Below are positions 14,965-27,700 of a stretch of 64,000 nt of DNA, piece by piece; the stretch's first letter is position 1, and each line of letters begins with the position of its first letter. Where the stretch lies: NCBI GenBank assembly GCA_051362555.1, contig CM120649.1:3658001-3722000 (forward strand). The letters are read 5' to 3'. The notes beneath the pieces are model-generated. The model was not told where the DNA came from and did no database searches. It saw only the letters and a program-made list of their open reading frames with translations. The stretch comes from Lingula anatina. Taxonomy: Eukaryota; Animalia; Brachiopoda. The position numbers and the translations under genes are program-made.

Positions 14965-16204
14965 CGCAATTTCACCTACCTTTAACTGTCCCGTGCCTTT
15001 CACAGCTTTTGTTTTCTCCTGGTCATGCAATGGTTATCTCCGGCGTCAAAAATATTTTCTTTGATGAGGAGAGGACTTGACTTTAAAATCCCATATGATG
15101 TATCTAGTGATCTCTGTCATGAGATGAAACCAATTTTTTTTTCGTCATTAAACTCCTGGGACATAGTAGTAGAAAAAAAAAGATTGTGTGGTGCTCTTTC
15201 ATCTGTTTTGCCACTGCAAGTATATGTGTAACGTCCATAAGGTGAAACGTAAAGTCAGACGTAAGAGCAGTCCTTTTAGATACTTAGCATACTACATCTT
15301 GTGGATACCTGAAGCTGGTTAAGGCCCAGTCATAGCCCAAAAAATATATATTCCTTTTTCATGGCACAACCTGTGTCTGATCATCAATACAACCAGTACT
15401 AGTTTCTTTCAGGACGAGAAGTCTTTTCATGGTTCCGCTTTGAATTGACAGATCATATTTTTAATGTTATCGTATAATAATGTTGTCACATCTCACGGCA
15501 TCGTAATTCAAGACGGTAACATTTAAGATGGTAGAGTTGAGGATGTTGTTTTAATGGAGCAATTGTGTGGTCGCCATGGTGACCAGGGATGCGTTCACAC
15601 CTGTTTTTTACAGATTGGTTAGTCTGGTGTACCTATAATACAATACAATAAAGTTTATTTTCATGTCGGAAAGAATGAAAGTACAAACATTAGCCGAGTA
15701 GCTATTCACCAAGCACTGTGTGAACTATGAAATATGTTTGTGGACTATATTCAGGAGGCAAAATTGTTTTTTTTTTTTTTTTAATTTTTTTTCATCCATG
15801 TGTAAACCATTTGCCTATAACTAAACTTTAGGGAGTTGACAACTTTTAGCTGTTGATTTTAGATGCACTCTATATGAGATGCCCTTTAAATGAAGGGAGT
15901 ATTTTTACTCAAGATTCTGTGTATTTTTTTTTATTAAAACCATAAAGGATTACTTAATTATATTATTTCTATTATATATTGCCATTATAATTGTTTTGAA
16001 ACCCACCCCCCTTTTTTTAATTATTTACTTAGTATCCCTTAACTTCCTAACTCCTTTATTCCTCCTTCTCAACATCTCTTTCCCTTTCCTTTTTCTCACA
16101 TTGATCTCTCTCTCTCAACCTCCCCCTTCCTCTCTCTCTCTCTCTCTCACCCTTCTCCCTTTCTTCTCTCTCTCTCTCTCTCGCCCTCTCACCTTCCTCT
16201 CATA

Positions 16205-16235
<31 letters not shown>

Positions 16236-17071
16236 TTTCTGTCCCCTCTTCTCTCTCTCCTAAAAAGACAGATTCATAACCAGTAACCAGTAAATGCAAC
16301 GTGAACTAGACCTAATACATCAGGACAGATTTTCCTGATTGATAAGAGATCAAATTTCCCATTACAATTAAAAGTGCTCACATTTTGATAGGAATCAAGT
16401 GAGGTGTTCCATTGCTTCCTGTCAGTGCATTACAGTAATTACTCAATAAATCCGGCCAACACAAATTAATTACCCCCCCCCCCCCCAAAAAAAAAAAAAA
16501 AAATAGTTGTCTGCTCATGATATTTACAAATGCTGATTCAAACTTATTAAAAAGTTATTTGGTTTCCTGCCCAAAACCACAACTGATCTGAGAGTCTGAT
16601 AGAAGTGCATAAAAAATCCTCGATGCATTTGAAAATTTGACGTAATTGCTGAACTAACATCGGGTTGATGAGACACAGGAAAGACTATTATAGTTTTAGG
16701 ATGAAATACCAAGGTTCATTATTAAGCGAGCAATGTAATGGAAGATTCTTGGCTTTAGGGCCAATGTAGGCTGGGTGGTTTCTTCATTTTGAAATTTCCA
16801 CATGCTTCTTGCATGTATTCGCCTATGGCTGCTTATTAGATAAGCGTGCATGTGGGAATTGAAAATGAAGAAGCTGTCAGGCAGGAAGTCTGAAGTATGG
16901 GGATGGGGGAGGAGAAATTAAGCTGGGAGCTGGCTTACAACAGGCTCGTATTTTAGTGAGATTATTTTAGTGAGATTGTATTTTAGGAGATAGCAGGGTA
17001 GAAAGAGAGAGATAGAGATTGAGAGAGACAGAGATGAAGTGTGTGTGTGTGAGATTGAATGTGTACTCGTG

Positions 17072-17152
<81 letters not shown>

Positions 17153-17717
17153 CAAAAAAAAAAAAGAAAGAGAGAATGGGAGAGCCAAAGCAAGAGAGAT
17201 AAAATGAGAAAGAGAGAGAGGGAGATTAGTAATGAAAAAATTTATATAACAGGATTTAAAAATACAAAGTTAACTAATATCCATGTAGAGACAGGGTAAT
17301 TGTGCACCCAGATGGCCAGGGGAAATCAAAATCTGTAATTTAAGGATGATGGGGAAAAGTAGAACAAATAAAAACACTTGTATTCAGCAGCTTTTTTGTA
17401 TTCTATACTCAACACTTGGAGGAGGCAAAGATTAATTCAAAACTATTAAAATAAAATAAAAACTAAAAGAGATATAAAACCAACCAAAGTATTATTTAAT
17501 AAGTCTAAAAATTTAATGAAATTAAGATGTATTTAAAAAAAAAAATTTTTTTCTATAATCTTATTAGTGGCAATGTATGTTATGTACTAATTGTTGTTTG
17601 TGCTGTATGAGCGCACCTTGTCGAAAAGATTTAAAACAGAAATAGGTGTTAATTGGGAACAGCTACGAGTACGACCTTGCCCTTTTTAACTATCCAAACT
17701 TCAGGTGAATAAACTGC

Positions 17718-17937
17718 TGCCCTTAGCAAAATATCAGGCCTACCGCAAATTCACAGCAAATATGCTGCAATATTGCTGCAAACTGCAATTCCTTCTTGCA
17801 ATTTTTGCTTCAATATGGCATCAAATTAGCAGCAATAAATTTTTCTTGTAAACTCCTGCAAACTCATTGCTGCAAAATAAAACTAAAACTAAGATATTGC
17901 TACAATTTTGCTGCAAACTTTCATTTTTCTAAGGGTG
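17718..17937. mobile_element. Non-autonomous DNA element with CCCTTAG(C/A)AAAA TIRs and tgcagcaa/ttgctgca subterminal repeats; partial related copy at ~10787-10962
   Basis: cccttagcaaaa ... ttttctaagggtg; the 10787 copy starts cacccttagcaaaa and shares the ttgcagcaatattg repeats. Confidence 0.55.
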
Positions 17938-19339
17938 GGATACATCATTACTTAACAGATTTGGTACATTTTATCCAATCCTCTGAAGCCAGCTACCCAA
18001 AGTAAAGTTCTTTTCTCCAACATGTCTCCATATTCTCTATAGCTAATCATATTAATAATCCCCCCCTAAAAAAAGTTGTCAGTACAGTATTTTTAAAAAC
18101 ATGTTCCCCTGAAATACGATGTGATTTCTTGCACAAAAACTCCCTACGGGTATAACACAATGAAAAGGCCCCCATGACATCACGCGATGACCTCCGCACA
18201 CCTTGCAATTGAAAAATAGACACGCGAACGTATTAAGTTCCATAGCAAGGGTGGTGTTATTCGATTTAATGATCATGAGTCGGGAGAAAGTTTCAGTCAA
18301 ACTCCCCACTTGTGTTATTATAATTAGGCCACACAATGAGTGTCGTGTGGCAGAGTAATTAGTTTTCCTTGAAATGTCAACTAGTTTCTTATTATCACAG
18401 GGGTATACTCTACTCAAAACAATTTAAAGAATTACTATCTGTGAACCCGCTTTTTGAGCTCTTGAGTTCTAATTGTCACCGTGACCATGAGTGAAATTTA
18501 CATGGATCAGATCTCTGTTATGAAAGTGACTCATATTTACTCACTCGGTGGTAAATGCAAAAGTGGCATACTTTGTCTGTCGGCATATCCAAAAAAGGTC
18601 ATCTAAATGGCATGGATATTTTTCAGTTAAGCTGTATTTTTACCTGGTATAAAACATGCCCAATGGCATTTAATAGCTGCCGGGGACTGTACTAGTACTA
18701 CCTATCTACATGCCACTGCCATTTTTGTAAGAGGTCCATTTCCAGTGGTCTCTGAAACTCTGGGAACACACAGTTCTTCAAGACAGTGTACAGAAATGTG
18801 TTAGTTGTGAATTTATTTGTTTATGGACAAACAATGTGGCTGTACATATGGCCAACATCTGAGTCTGTTGTCATTGTTCATAGCTACACTTTCTGCATTA
18901 ACGCCATAAAACGAAAAAACCATGCAAGTAATCTTCACACTTACGAGAATGATGCTAAGGACAAAATGTGTACTGTAGCTCGTGTTTGAAAGCCAGCCTC
19001 AGATTGGCTGGATTAGATTTGTTGTTGATAACATTAAGCTGACTTTTTCTTGCAGGGCTCAAATTCATAACATACTAGCATTTTACTAGTATTAGAGTAA
19101 TTGTTATAATTTTGTATTCATAAAATCAATTTTTGCTTTTTCCAGGACCCAGATTTTGAAGGTGTCCTCCAGCAATAGCACATCCAGTGTAGACAGCGAT
19201 ACTAAAGATACAGGACAATATCAACAGGTACATGTAGATACAGCACCATTCACAATTAATTTTGTCCACCTTGCTAATGGGCACTGACTCCATGGGGACT
19301 CTTGCTGAACACAATCAGATTAACAAACTGCTTCTATAA

Positions 19340-20757
19340 TCAACAGTTTTTCTATATACTCATTGTTAACACATCCTTAAAAGAGAAATTATTTGATACC
19401 CTCATTTCCCCAATCCTTACATATTGCTCAGAGATATGGGGCTACTCAGTGTCAACGGATATCTGCCCTACAGAAAAGTTGCACTTAAAATTTTGCGAAC
19501 AAATCCTTGGCCTCCATCAAAACGTATCAAACTATGGTGTATACACTGAACTTGGCCGCCTTCCCCTCTATACCAAAATACAGTTTGCATCTGTCAAACT
19601 ATGGTGTAAAATTATTCAAATGTCTGATGCCACACTAATGAAACAAGCGTACATACAAGAGATAAATAATTACAAGTTGCTGACACCCTATGTCCCACCC
19701 GCAGTCCACACACTCAGACCAGCTTGTATGTCATGGTCTGAGGGTATCCGAAAAATCCTTTTCACATTTGGCCTTGGTGATGTGTGGCTTAGCCAGTCAC
19801 CTCCAAAAAAACTTCACCACAATTTTCAAACAAAGACAAACTGACCACTTTACCCAAATATGCAATAGCAAACTTCAAGCCAACAGTAAATTATCTCTCT
19901 TCTGTATACTTAACCAAAAGTGTGAAAGGGCAACTTATGTTGATAAAATAACAAATTACGACACCTTGTCAACCCTTGCTAAACTAGGTCTTAGTGACCA
20001 TAAACTCCACATTGAAACTGGGCGGCACACCAGGCCAAAAACTGAAAGGTGCGACAGAATCTGTCGCCTGTGCACACAAGGGGTAATTGAGGATGAATAC
20101 CATTTTATATTCCAATGCCCAATGTACAAAACAGACCGAGTCACCTTTTTCAGTAAAACCTCATTCCTAAAAGCTGATTCAAGGTCATCAGACAGTCAAT
20201 TATGCCATGTATTTAACAGTGCCAACAAAGATACTTTAGTGTCCCTCTCCAACTTTATAATCAAATCATTCAAGAAAAGAAGTGAAGTGGGTGCTCTGCT
20301 TGGTAACTCTTAGCATATCCCTTAAAATGTCAGTTTATGGTCCCACTGTTGTGAGAAGTGACTCGGCAGTGGGACTGAACATGGCACAGTATTTATATCT
20401 GTGTAACTTATTTACTTATCTGTCTTATGTAATTGTCATTAATCGTAATTATCAATGTCATCAAACTGGCTTTGAACAGCCATGTAAACAGCTATGTAAC
20501 GGTGGTTTTAAGTTTTTAAAAACATATTCTTTTTGTGTAACATGTTTATAGTATGTTTATGGTAAATTTATAATCACACCAAGGTTTATCTCATTGCTTA
20601 GGTAGAATATTTTATGAGTGATTTTACTAGTACTTATCTTCATTATATAAAGATGGTAATGCACTAACTGTATTGTATCGTCGTTTGTATATCATATTGT
20701 ACAAGGTCATGACAATCTATGTACCAGTACAGAAATAAATTGAATTGAATTGAAATT
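19340..20757 (+). mobile_element. 5'-truncated, frameshifted non-LTR retrotransposon (LINE; RTE-X/CR1-like C-terminal part of ORF2) with 3' UTR and (TTGAA)n tail
   Basis: LFDTLISPILTYCSEIWG...EKLHLKFC...VYTELGRLPL, then after a frameshift at the A-run ~19805 LSDHKLHIETGRH...RICRLC...IEDEYHFIFQCPMY (C-terminal CCHC-type motif of LINE ORF2); AATAAA followed by ttgaattgaattgaa at ~20733-20757. Clade assignment is from recall only. Confidence 0.8.
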
Positions 20758-20897
20758 GTAGTTGTGACACTTCTACTACATTGTGATTTAGTTTTTCTTT
20801 CATATTAACATTTGAGAAATTAAAAAAATGTCAGATGAATGTGTGTGATATCACATATATGAGAGATGTATTAAGTCATTCTATAATGGTATTTCAG

Positions 20898-21324
20898 AAC
20901 ATTCCTAGAACCAGTCCTGTAGGTGCCAGCAATGGCAGCTCTTCTCTCCTACATGGCAGCTATGACGAGGAAGCCAATGCACACGATTTCCAAGCTGCCT
21001 TGAATGAATGGCGCCAGAGTAAGAGCATTCAGTCCAATCAACACACCCAAAAGAAACAGCAGCCATCTCTTTTAGATGGTACGGTCAACGAAGAAGCCAA
21101 TGCGAAAGATTTCCAACAGGCCCTTAACGAATGGCGCCAAGGGAACAGTGTGGTTACAAAAAACACTCAAGATGGTGCCACTGGAAAACAAGATGGCGGA
21201 GCGCTTTTCTATGGGGAGTATGATGAAGAGGCCAGTGCCAAATCATTCCAAGATGCAGTTAGATCATGGAGACAGGGGACAGACAAAGAGGGCGCCAGGG
21301 GTTATTCGCCTGTGAAGTCTCCAA
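20898..21324 (+). CDS. ZBBX: ZBBX-like exon (three DEEA..FQ..WR repeats)
   Basis: tttcag|AACATT ... CCAA|gttagt. Confidence 0.85.
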
Positions 21325-23145
21325 GTTAGTGAAAAACTTTCTTCTGTTTGGACCCGTGTGTGTGTGTTTATGCTTGAATGTGAGATTCCTTATTCCCTTA
21401 TCACTAGAATATGTGAGTGGAATGGTACAATTTAAAAATTAAACGCTAGTCAAAGTATTATTATCAAATAACTGCAACGGATAACTTTGCCCCCCCCCCC
21501 CCCCCCCCCCATCCTGTTTACTTTTCTGCTTTTCTTGTTTTACTTAAAAGGAAGCCAATACACATTAAATATTTATATAGCTAAAATAATAATTTACCCT
21601 GAAGTCCAACAACTCAATTTGAGACCAAGTCTCGTGTGAATTAAGCATGTTCCAGTATGGTCAGCTATGTCCAACGGGAAGATAGCCCTATATAACCAAC
21701 ACCAATGGAATGTGCTAATTGTTCTCATTGGAATTCCCTTTATACCTTGATTATAGACATGGTGAAAAAACCATGTGGTTGAAGGCATCTCCTGCTGGAA
21801 AAATTGCACCTTCCCTACATTGCGTCCTCATGTACCAGTTATCCATTGGAGGATGGTTCATTATGACTAGGCTACTGAATACAAACTCTGGCCTATTTCA
21901 CATTGACCGGTAGGTCCGGTACAGTTTTTCTGGTCCTAACTCCTAATTATGCTACAGAGGGTTTTATTCCCTTTTACAAGCCTGATGGAATGACAACTTT
22001 TCATTTTGTTGGGGAAAAAATTTTTAAATAGTTTTTTTTTTTAATTATTTCTTGGGAGATTATAACGAAAGGTAGCTATCTATGAAGGCCTCAGTCCAGT
22101 TAACATGATTAACTAGCCAGCACAGGAGTGGAGTGACAGTGTTCCATTTAGATAACACCTTTACAAAAATCTCTGAAACCAGTGTGATACGAAAAATTGT
22201 GTCGCTCAATGTGAAAAGGAGTTCCATTTCTTTTTCCTTTTTTATCTTGTGTTAATATTTGTCCTGGGAATATTCTAGTTCAAACATGCACTGATTACAT
22301 CTTTTCAAGGGTCATTTTCAATTAAATCAAGAAAAGTTTCCTTTTCATTTTGACCTTTTTTGAAGAGTTCATTTTCCCTGGAAGCATTCAAGTTGTTTTC
22401 TTTCATATAAAAAGTTAATTTCACTGACATTTTTTGCACTGTAGATGTGAACAGGCTTATTTCCGAGTTTGCCGAAGGTAATTTCACAATTCTCTGGACA
22501 AATCATGCAACCCTTTGTTCCCTTTGATATCATAATAATAACTGACATCTTGGTTGGGTGAGTATAAGAATAGATAAACAGAATGGATGTTGCAGTAGCA
22601 TTTTCAGTAATGACAGTTGAAAGTACCTGTCATCTCAGAGGGCTATTCAGTAGTTTCACAGTGAACTTTAATAAAAAGAAAAAAAGAAAAAATTGCGGTC
22701 CCATGGCCATGCAGTATCAGTGGGAGATTATTTTTTTCTGATAAAAAGTGGATCTTCTTACTCCCTTAGTTTACCCAACTTGAGAAACGGGCCTAATTCA
22801 GAATTTTGATAAGATTCATTTTAAATTTTTTTTAAAGCTAAAAGGGCAGTTCATTCGAACCCCCCCTCCCATCTTTCCCCCTTAAGATGAAGGTATTTAT
22901 CCAAGATTTTCCCAGAGAAGAAAGCAATTTTCTGCTACATAAGTTTATCTGCAGCGTACCTAATGTAATGTAATAATATTCACAATGAATGTGATTAAAG
23001 GTAACCGAATTTTCATGCGAAAACAAATTTTCTATGAGAATTCATCACTGCACTTGGATTTAATAACATTATTTTATACCATTCGTATTTAATTCAGTTC
23101 TTAATGTCTGTCCAGATGTTTAGACCGCTATATCTTGCTTTACAT

Positions 23146-23212
<67 letters not shown>

Positions 23213-24512
23213 GTTTTGTTGTATTCAAATTTTCAAGGTGTGAATAGGGAAATAAATGTCCCTGTGTCAGTTGCTTTTTAGGATATTAAGACAAAAAATT
23301 ATAACTTTGGGACATTTTCAAACACATCCCATGTACTTTAAAACAAAAACTCGGCCCTGCCAAGCTAACCCATTCACTAAATCAACCTGAGAAGAAGATT
23401 TCCCCATAGACACGGAAAATGAGTTTGTTTTTCTACTGTGTCCAGAGACAATTGTATTAACTCTAGTAAAGCAATCCCCTGCCTGGGCCTAGCAGCGCCT
23501 GATTATATCTCCAGAAAATTGAATTGTTCTCTTTTAATTTGTCAGCAAGAGTACTACTGTCTATTGTGTTTCTTTCTGCCATTTGGTTACAAGTTGGTCG
23601 AAAGATTAGGCCTTGGAATTAATACATTTTTAAGGCGTCAGATATAGAATGTAGACAATGATTTTGGACATATTTAGTTTCTTTATCTTCAGGTCATCAC
23701 CTTTTACTGATTTGTCTTCTGATCATCAGTGAAGGGTGGATGAAAATGACATTAAGAGACGTGGGGAGGATATTATGCACTCCCACACTGATGTCATTCA
23801 CTTGGCAGATTTTGCAAAACTTCCTTAGCTAGGGTAGTTCTTTGACTTCTTTGATCAGTGCTTATTGGTCATACACTGAATTTATGGAAATGACAGTTTG
23901 ATTATAAAACTCAGACCTCTGCTTTTGAAATGACTTGACTTGTCTGAGATTGGTGTAAGATGATCAATAATGAAAGAAGCAGCTGCATCATATTGTATGT
24001 ACTGGCTGTTTTCTTAACTCACTGACGTCAGGGGGACATCCAGTGGACATAATGGCCGCGCCCCCCACGCACACACCCTACCCCTCACCACCCCCTCTTA
24101 AGTTTCCCCCTTTTCCTCACACACATAAAAAAGAGTATAACATGCATAATAGACAAAATCAATCAAATCTTCCGTCCCTGTGGCCTACATATTATTTTCA
24201 CTGATCCATAGTGATTTCACTGATTCATATTTTTTTATCGTTTTGCATTTTAAAGAGAATGAAAAGAGTGGTCTTAGGCTCAGACAGTCAGGCATAACTG
24301 ACTACAAGACATTTATACAGAGTGCTATTCCTGGTGACTTAAAGGTCTATAATGACAACAGTGTGCTCTGTTCATTTGTTAATGAAATAAGCTGGGTGAG
24401 ATATAAAAACAGCATTAAATTTAGTGTGTTAGTTGAGACTATCCTCATTGTGACTGGATGTGATATAATGTGCTGACGACACAACCAAAGTGCATAAAGA
24501 CCCATTTCATTC

Positions 24513-24560
<48 letters not shown>

Positions 24561-24707
24561 CTTTTTGACCCAAGGTAAATCAGTAGAAGTCCACATAACT
24601 GAGACATTTTGCCTGTTTTAGAAACAATAGAAATACCTGCTGAGGGATATAGCTTAAGGAACTTGATATAGGTTAAAATTGGCGAATTGACTAGGGTGAA
24701 GTGGGAA

Positions 24708-24739
<32 letters not shown>

Positions 24740-27700
24740 AAAAGGAACACTACTGCTGAAGTAGAAAATGTGCTTAAAAAGACACGAGATTATGACACTT
24801 TCTTTTTTTTTACCATCTTTAGACAATAAAAAACCTATTGCAGAATACACTCGTATAAATCATAAATCTGTCAAAAAATCACAGGGCCTGGAATTTTATG
24901 CTTATTATAAAAAGTGCAAACAAAAAAATTGAAAAGTTACATTGTTACCACATTTGCTGAAAGGAAATTGTAGTGTGCAGTCTGAAACAAAATTTTGTAG
25001 AAGTTATTTTAGTTTATTATCAGTTTTTCAGCAACTGTGTGTCTGTATATGTAGGTGCTCAAATAGCAGTATTACACCTTTGAACTGGGGCCATTACATG
25101 AATTGCCAGTCACCACTTGTGGTAACTTTTTTTCTCGGAAATAACCTCTTGATTCAGCTGTCTCTGCCAACCATTAATCATCGTGGAGCTGTTACGTGAT
25201 TCTAAGAACTCCCATTCAATGTAAGATAAGAACCTGACAAAAACCATGAAAGTATATAGGTAACTTAAGGTTAAACTGCAAAATGTACTTTTCCTTATGA
25301 AAAAACATGGCAAAGGTTGGTGTTAACTTCAGAAGTGGGTTCAGAAGAGGTCCAAAGTCCAGGTAGCATCAGTGATAATCTCTGTGGAAGCTCAAACGAT
25401 ATTCCGATTATTCGTGAACTTTATTCCCCCAAAGTGTTATGTTAACAAGACATGGGGAAGGTAAATTGGGGGTGCATCAAAACAAGTGTAATTTATGTCA
25501 GAGAGCATTTTTGTGAACAGCTTAAACTGATAAACCTTAGGCTTTTAAATGAAAAATGCATCCAAGGCATCTGCATTACACCTTATCAGGTATTTGAGAA
25601 TTTGATCACCACCTGAAAAAAAAGCATTGATCAGAAAACATGATGAACTTTTCATGAAGCATTAAGCGAATTATTCCACTTAATTTTTCTGATCTCCAGG
25701 TGTATCTCCACCAGAAATTGCCCTTTACATAAGATATAAAACAGATGGCTTAGATATGTAACACAATGTTCTCATCAGTTGGAGTTTCTCTCTTATTCTT
25801 AAGTCTAATTAAGGCTCGTTAATTTAATTCAGGCTTGTTAATGATTCCTTTTTAACCTTTTTTGTCATTCCTATGTATTATTTATTTATTTATTTTATTT
25901 GTGAAAAATATTTATTTTACTTTATTTGTGAAACACTGACCACAAAACTGATATATGTAGAGTTATGATGATACAGGAGCATCTTCTTTATCTAGACATA
26001 ATATGTCAACTACAGATTTAAAAAAGTTTTGTTGTGGGTTATGTCCGTAATCCTGTGAATTAAATATTTAAAGCACAGCTGCATTATAATTTTTTTAAAT
26101 TTTTGACCCAAAACATTCCATTTTATACCACTGCAAACCACACAGTTAATGAAAAGGGTAAGCTTTCTTGCTCTGTTGTCATAAAAATTTAAAAAGCAGA
26201 TCATTGACAATGAGATTTTTTTAAATCAACTGATTTCAATTCCACTGTAAACATGAAAAACTTACCTGAAAAATCTCAAAATCCAGACGTTTTCAGAGAT
26301 GCCTGTTCCTGCACTCTTCACACTGAGTAAGCAATATCATCTCAAGTTGATTTTATTCTCCAAGGAAAGGAACAACCCAACTTCTTATCTCGTCTCTCTG
26401 TGCGCGTGGTTGAAAATAATGTTTACTACATGCACACATTTGTCTATAAGAACCCGGAGAGACCTCTGCTTGAAAATAGTGTTATCAAAAGGTTTGCCTG
26501 TCTTATCTTATAGTAGGCAATCACATGTGGTTTGCTGTTGTAATTGATCTTGACGACACTTTTCCTTGTTCTCTATTACCACTCCTTATCTTTCAGTCCA
26601 GGCCACGTATTTAACTTGTTTGCTCCTCCGATGATGATTCTTTGATCTGAAAGGACTCTTATCTCTTCGTGTATCTCTTCGTCTGCTTCAAGAAATCTCC
26701 CATTTTTTCTTCCTGGATGTGTATAGATGGTGATGGCTCTGGCGAGCATCTGGAGCAGCTCTACTGTGAGTTACTGAGGAGGCTTCCAAACTTTTTCTCC
26801 AAGAAGTGTGTTGATGCTCCTTAAGCTTGTCACTTAGTCATTAGCATCGAAAGAGGTAGACAGATTTGATTATCTTTGAAAATGGTGCAGACAATCATTT
26901 TGGTTAGTTCTTATGATGCGCTCCTTGATCTCCATAAAAAATGTGCAGAAATGGAGAAAATTATTTTTCTTCCTGGCCCAGGATATAGCTGGTTTTGTGC
27001 TAGAAAAGATTTTTTTCCATTGTACTAGGCAAAAGATATCAGACATTTATACCAAATGGCTGTCATCTTATTGCATTGTCTTCATAAAATGTCAAGGGAA
27101 TTCTCTCATTCACTCATTCCTGGGTGTAACGTTGTGTAATATATATATATATATTAGTAGTTCATGTAGTTTTCTGGTTATCATGTAGCTTTAAGTCATG
27201 AAATGAATTAATAAATAATGATTATAATCATTTTTATTGATTCTAGCACAAAATGGCTTTAACCTTGTGATACCATATTCCACTAGAGAAGCACTCAGAT
27301 CTAATCAATAGACCACCATGACAGCTTTATTCTCACTGTTTCAGCATTTGTTCATTAGTAATTGATTAATTGTACCACCAGCGTATGTGCTGGCGATACA
27401 CATGGTTTTAGTCCCGTCCGGATCGTTCTGCCGGCTCTGCCGACATGTTACCCTTACTGCTTCTCCTCCTAGACTACAAGGGCCTGCGTACCCATCTCTT
27501 GGATTTAGGTCACCTATAATCTCAACTCGTTCCACGTAAAATTTGGGTTTTGTCGGTGCTGGGGTCTAGGTGTGGCACTCATTGCAATGCACCCTTGTCC
27601 AAAAATGACAAAATTAAATGCTAATCATCTACCCTACCGAAGGAATTATGGGAAAAATTTCTACAGACAGCTGACCAAAAGTCAAAAGTGGAGATTTCAA

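Noticed and set aside
19302-20313. Two ORFs as host genes or ZBBX B-box exons (CxxC...H...C)
   Set aside because: The motifs are those of a LINE ORF2 C-terminus, with a frameshift and a 3' simple-repeat tail.
20835-20897. ORF-track ATG as the ZBBX start
   Set aside because: An acceptor (tttcag) precedes 20898 and the N-terminal B-box region is missing, so this is an internal exon.
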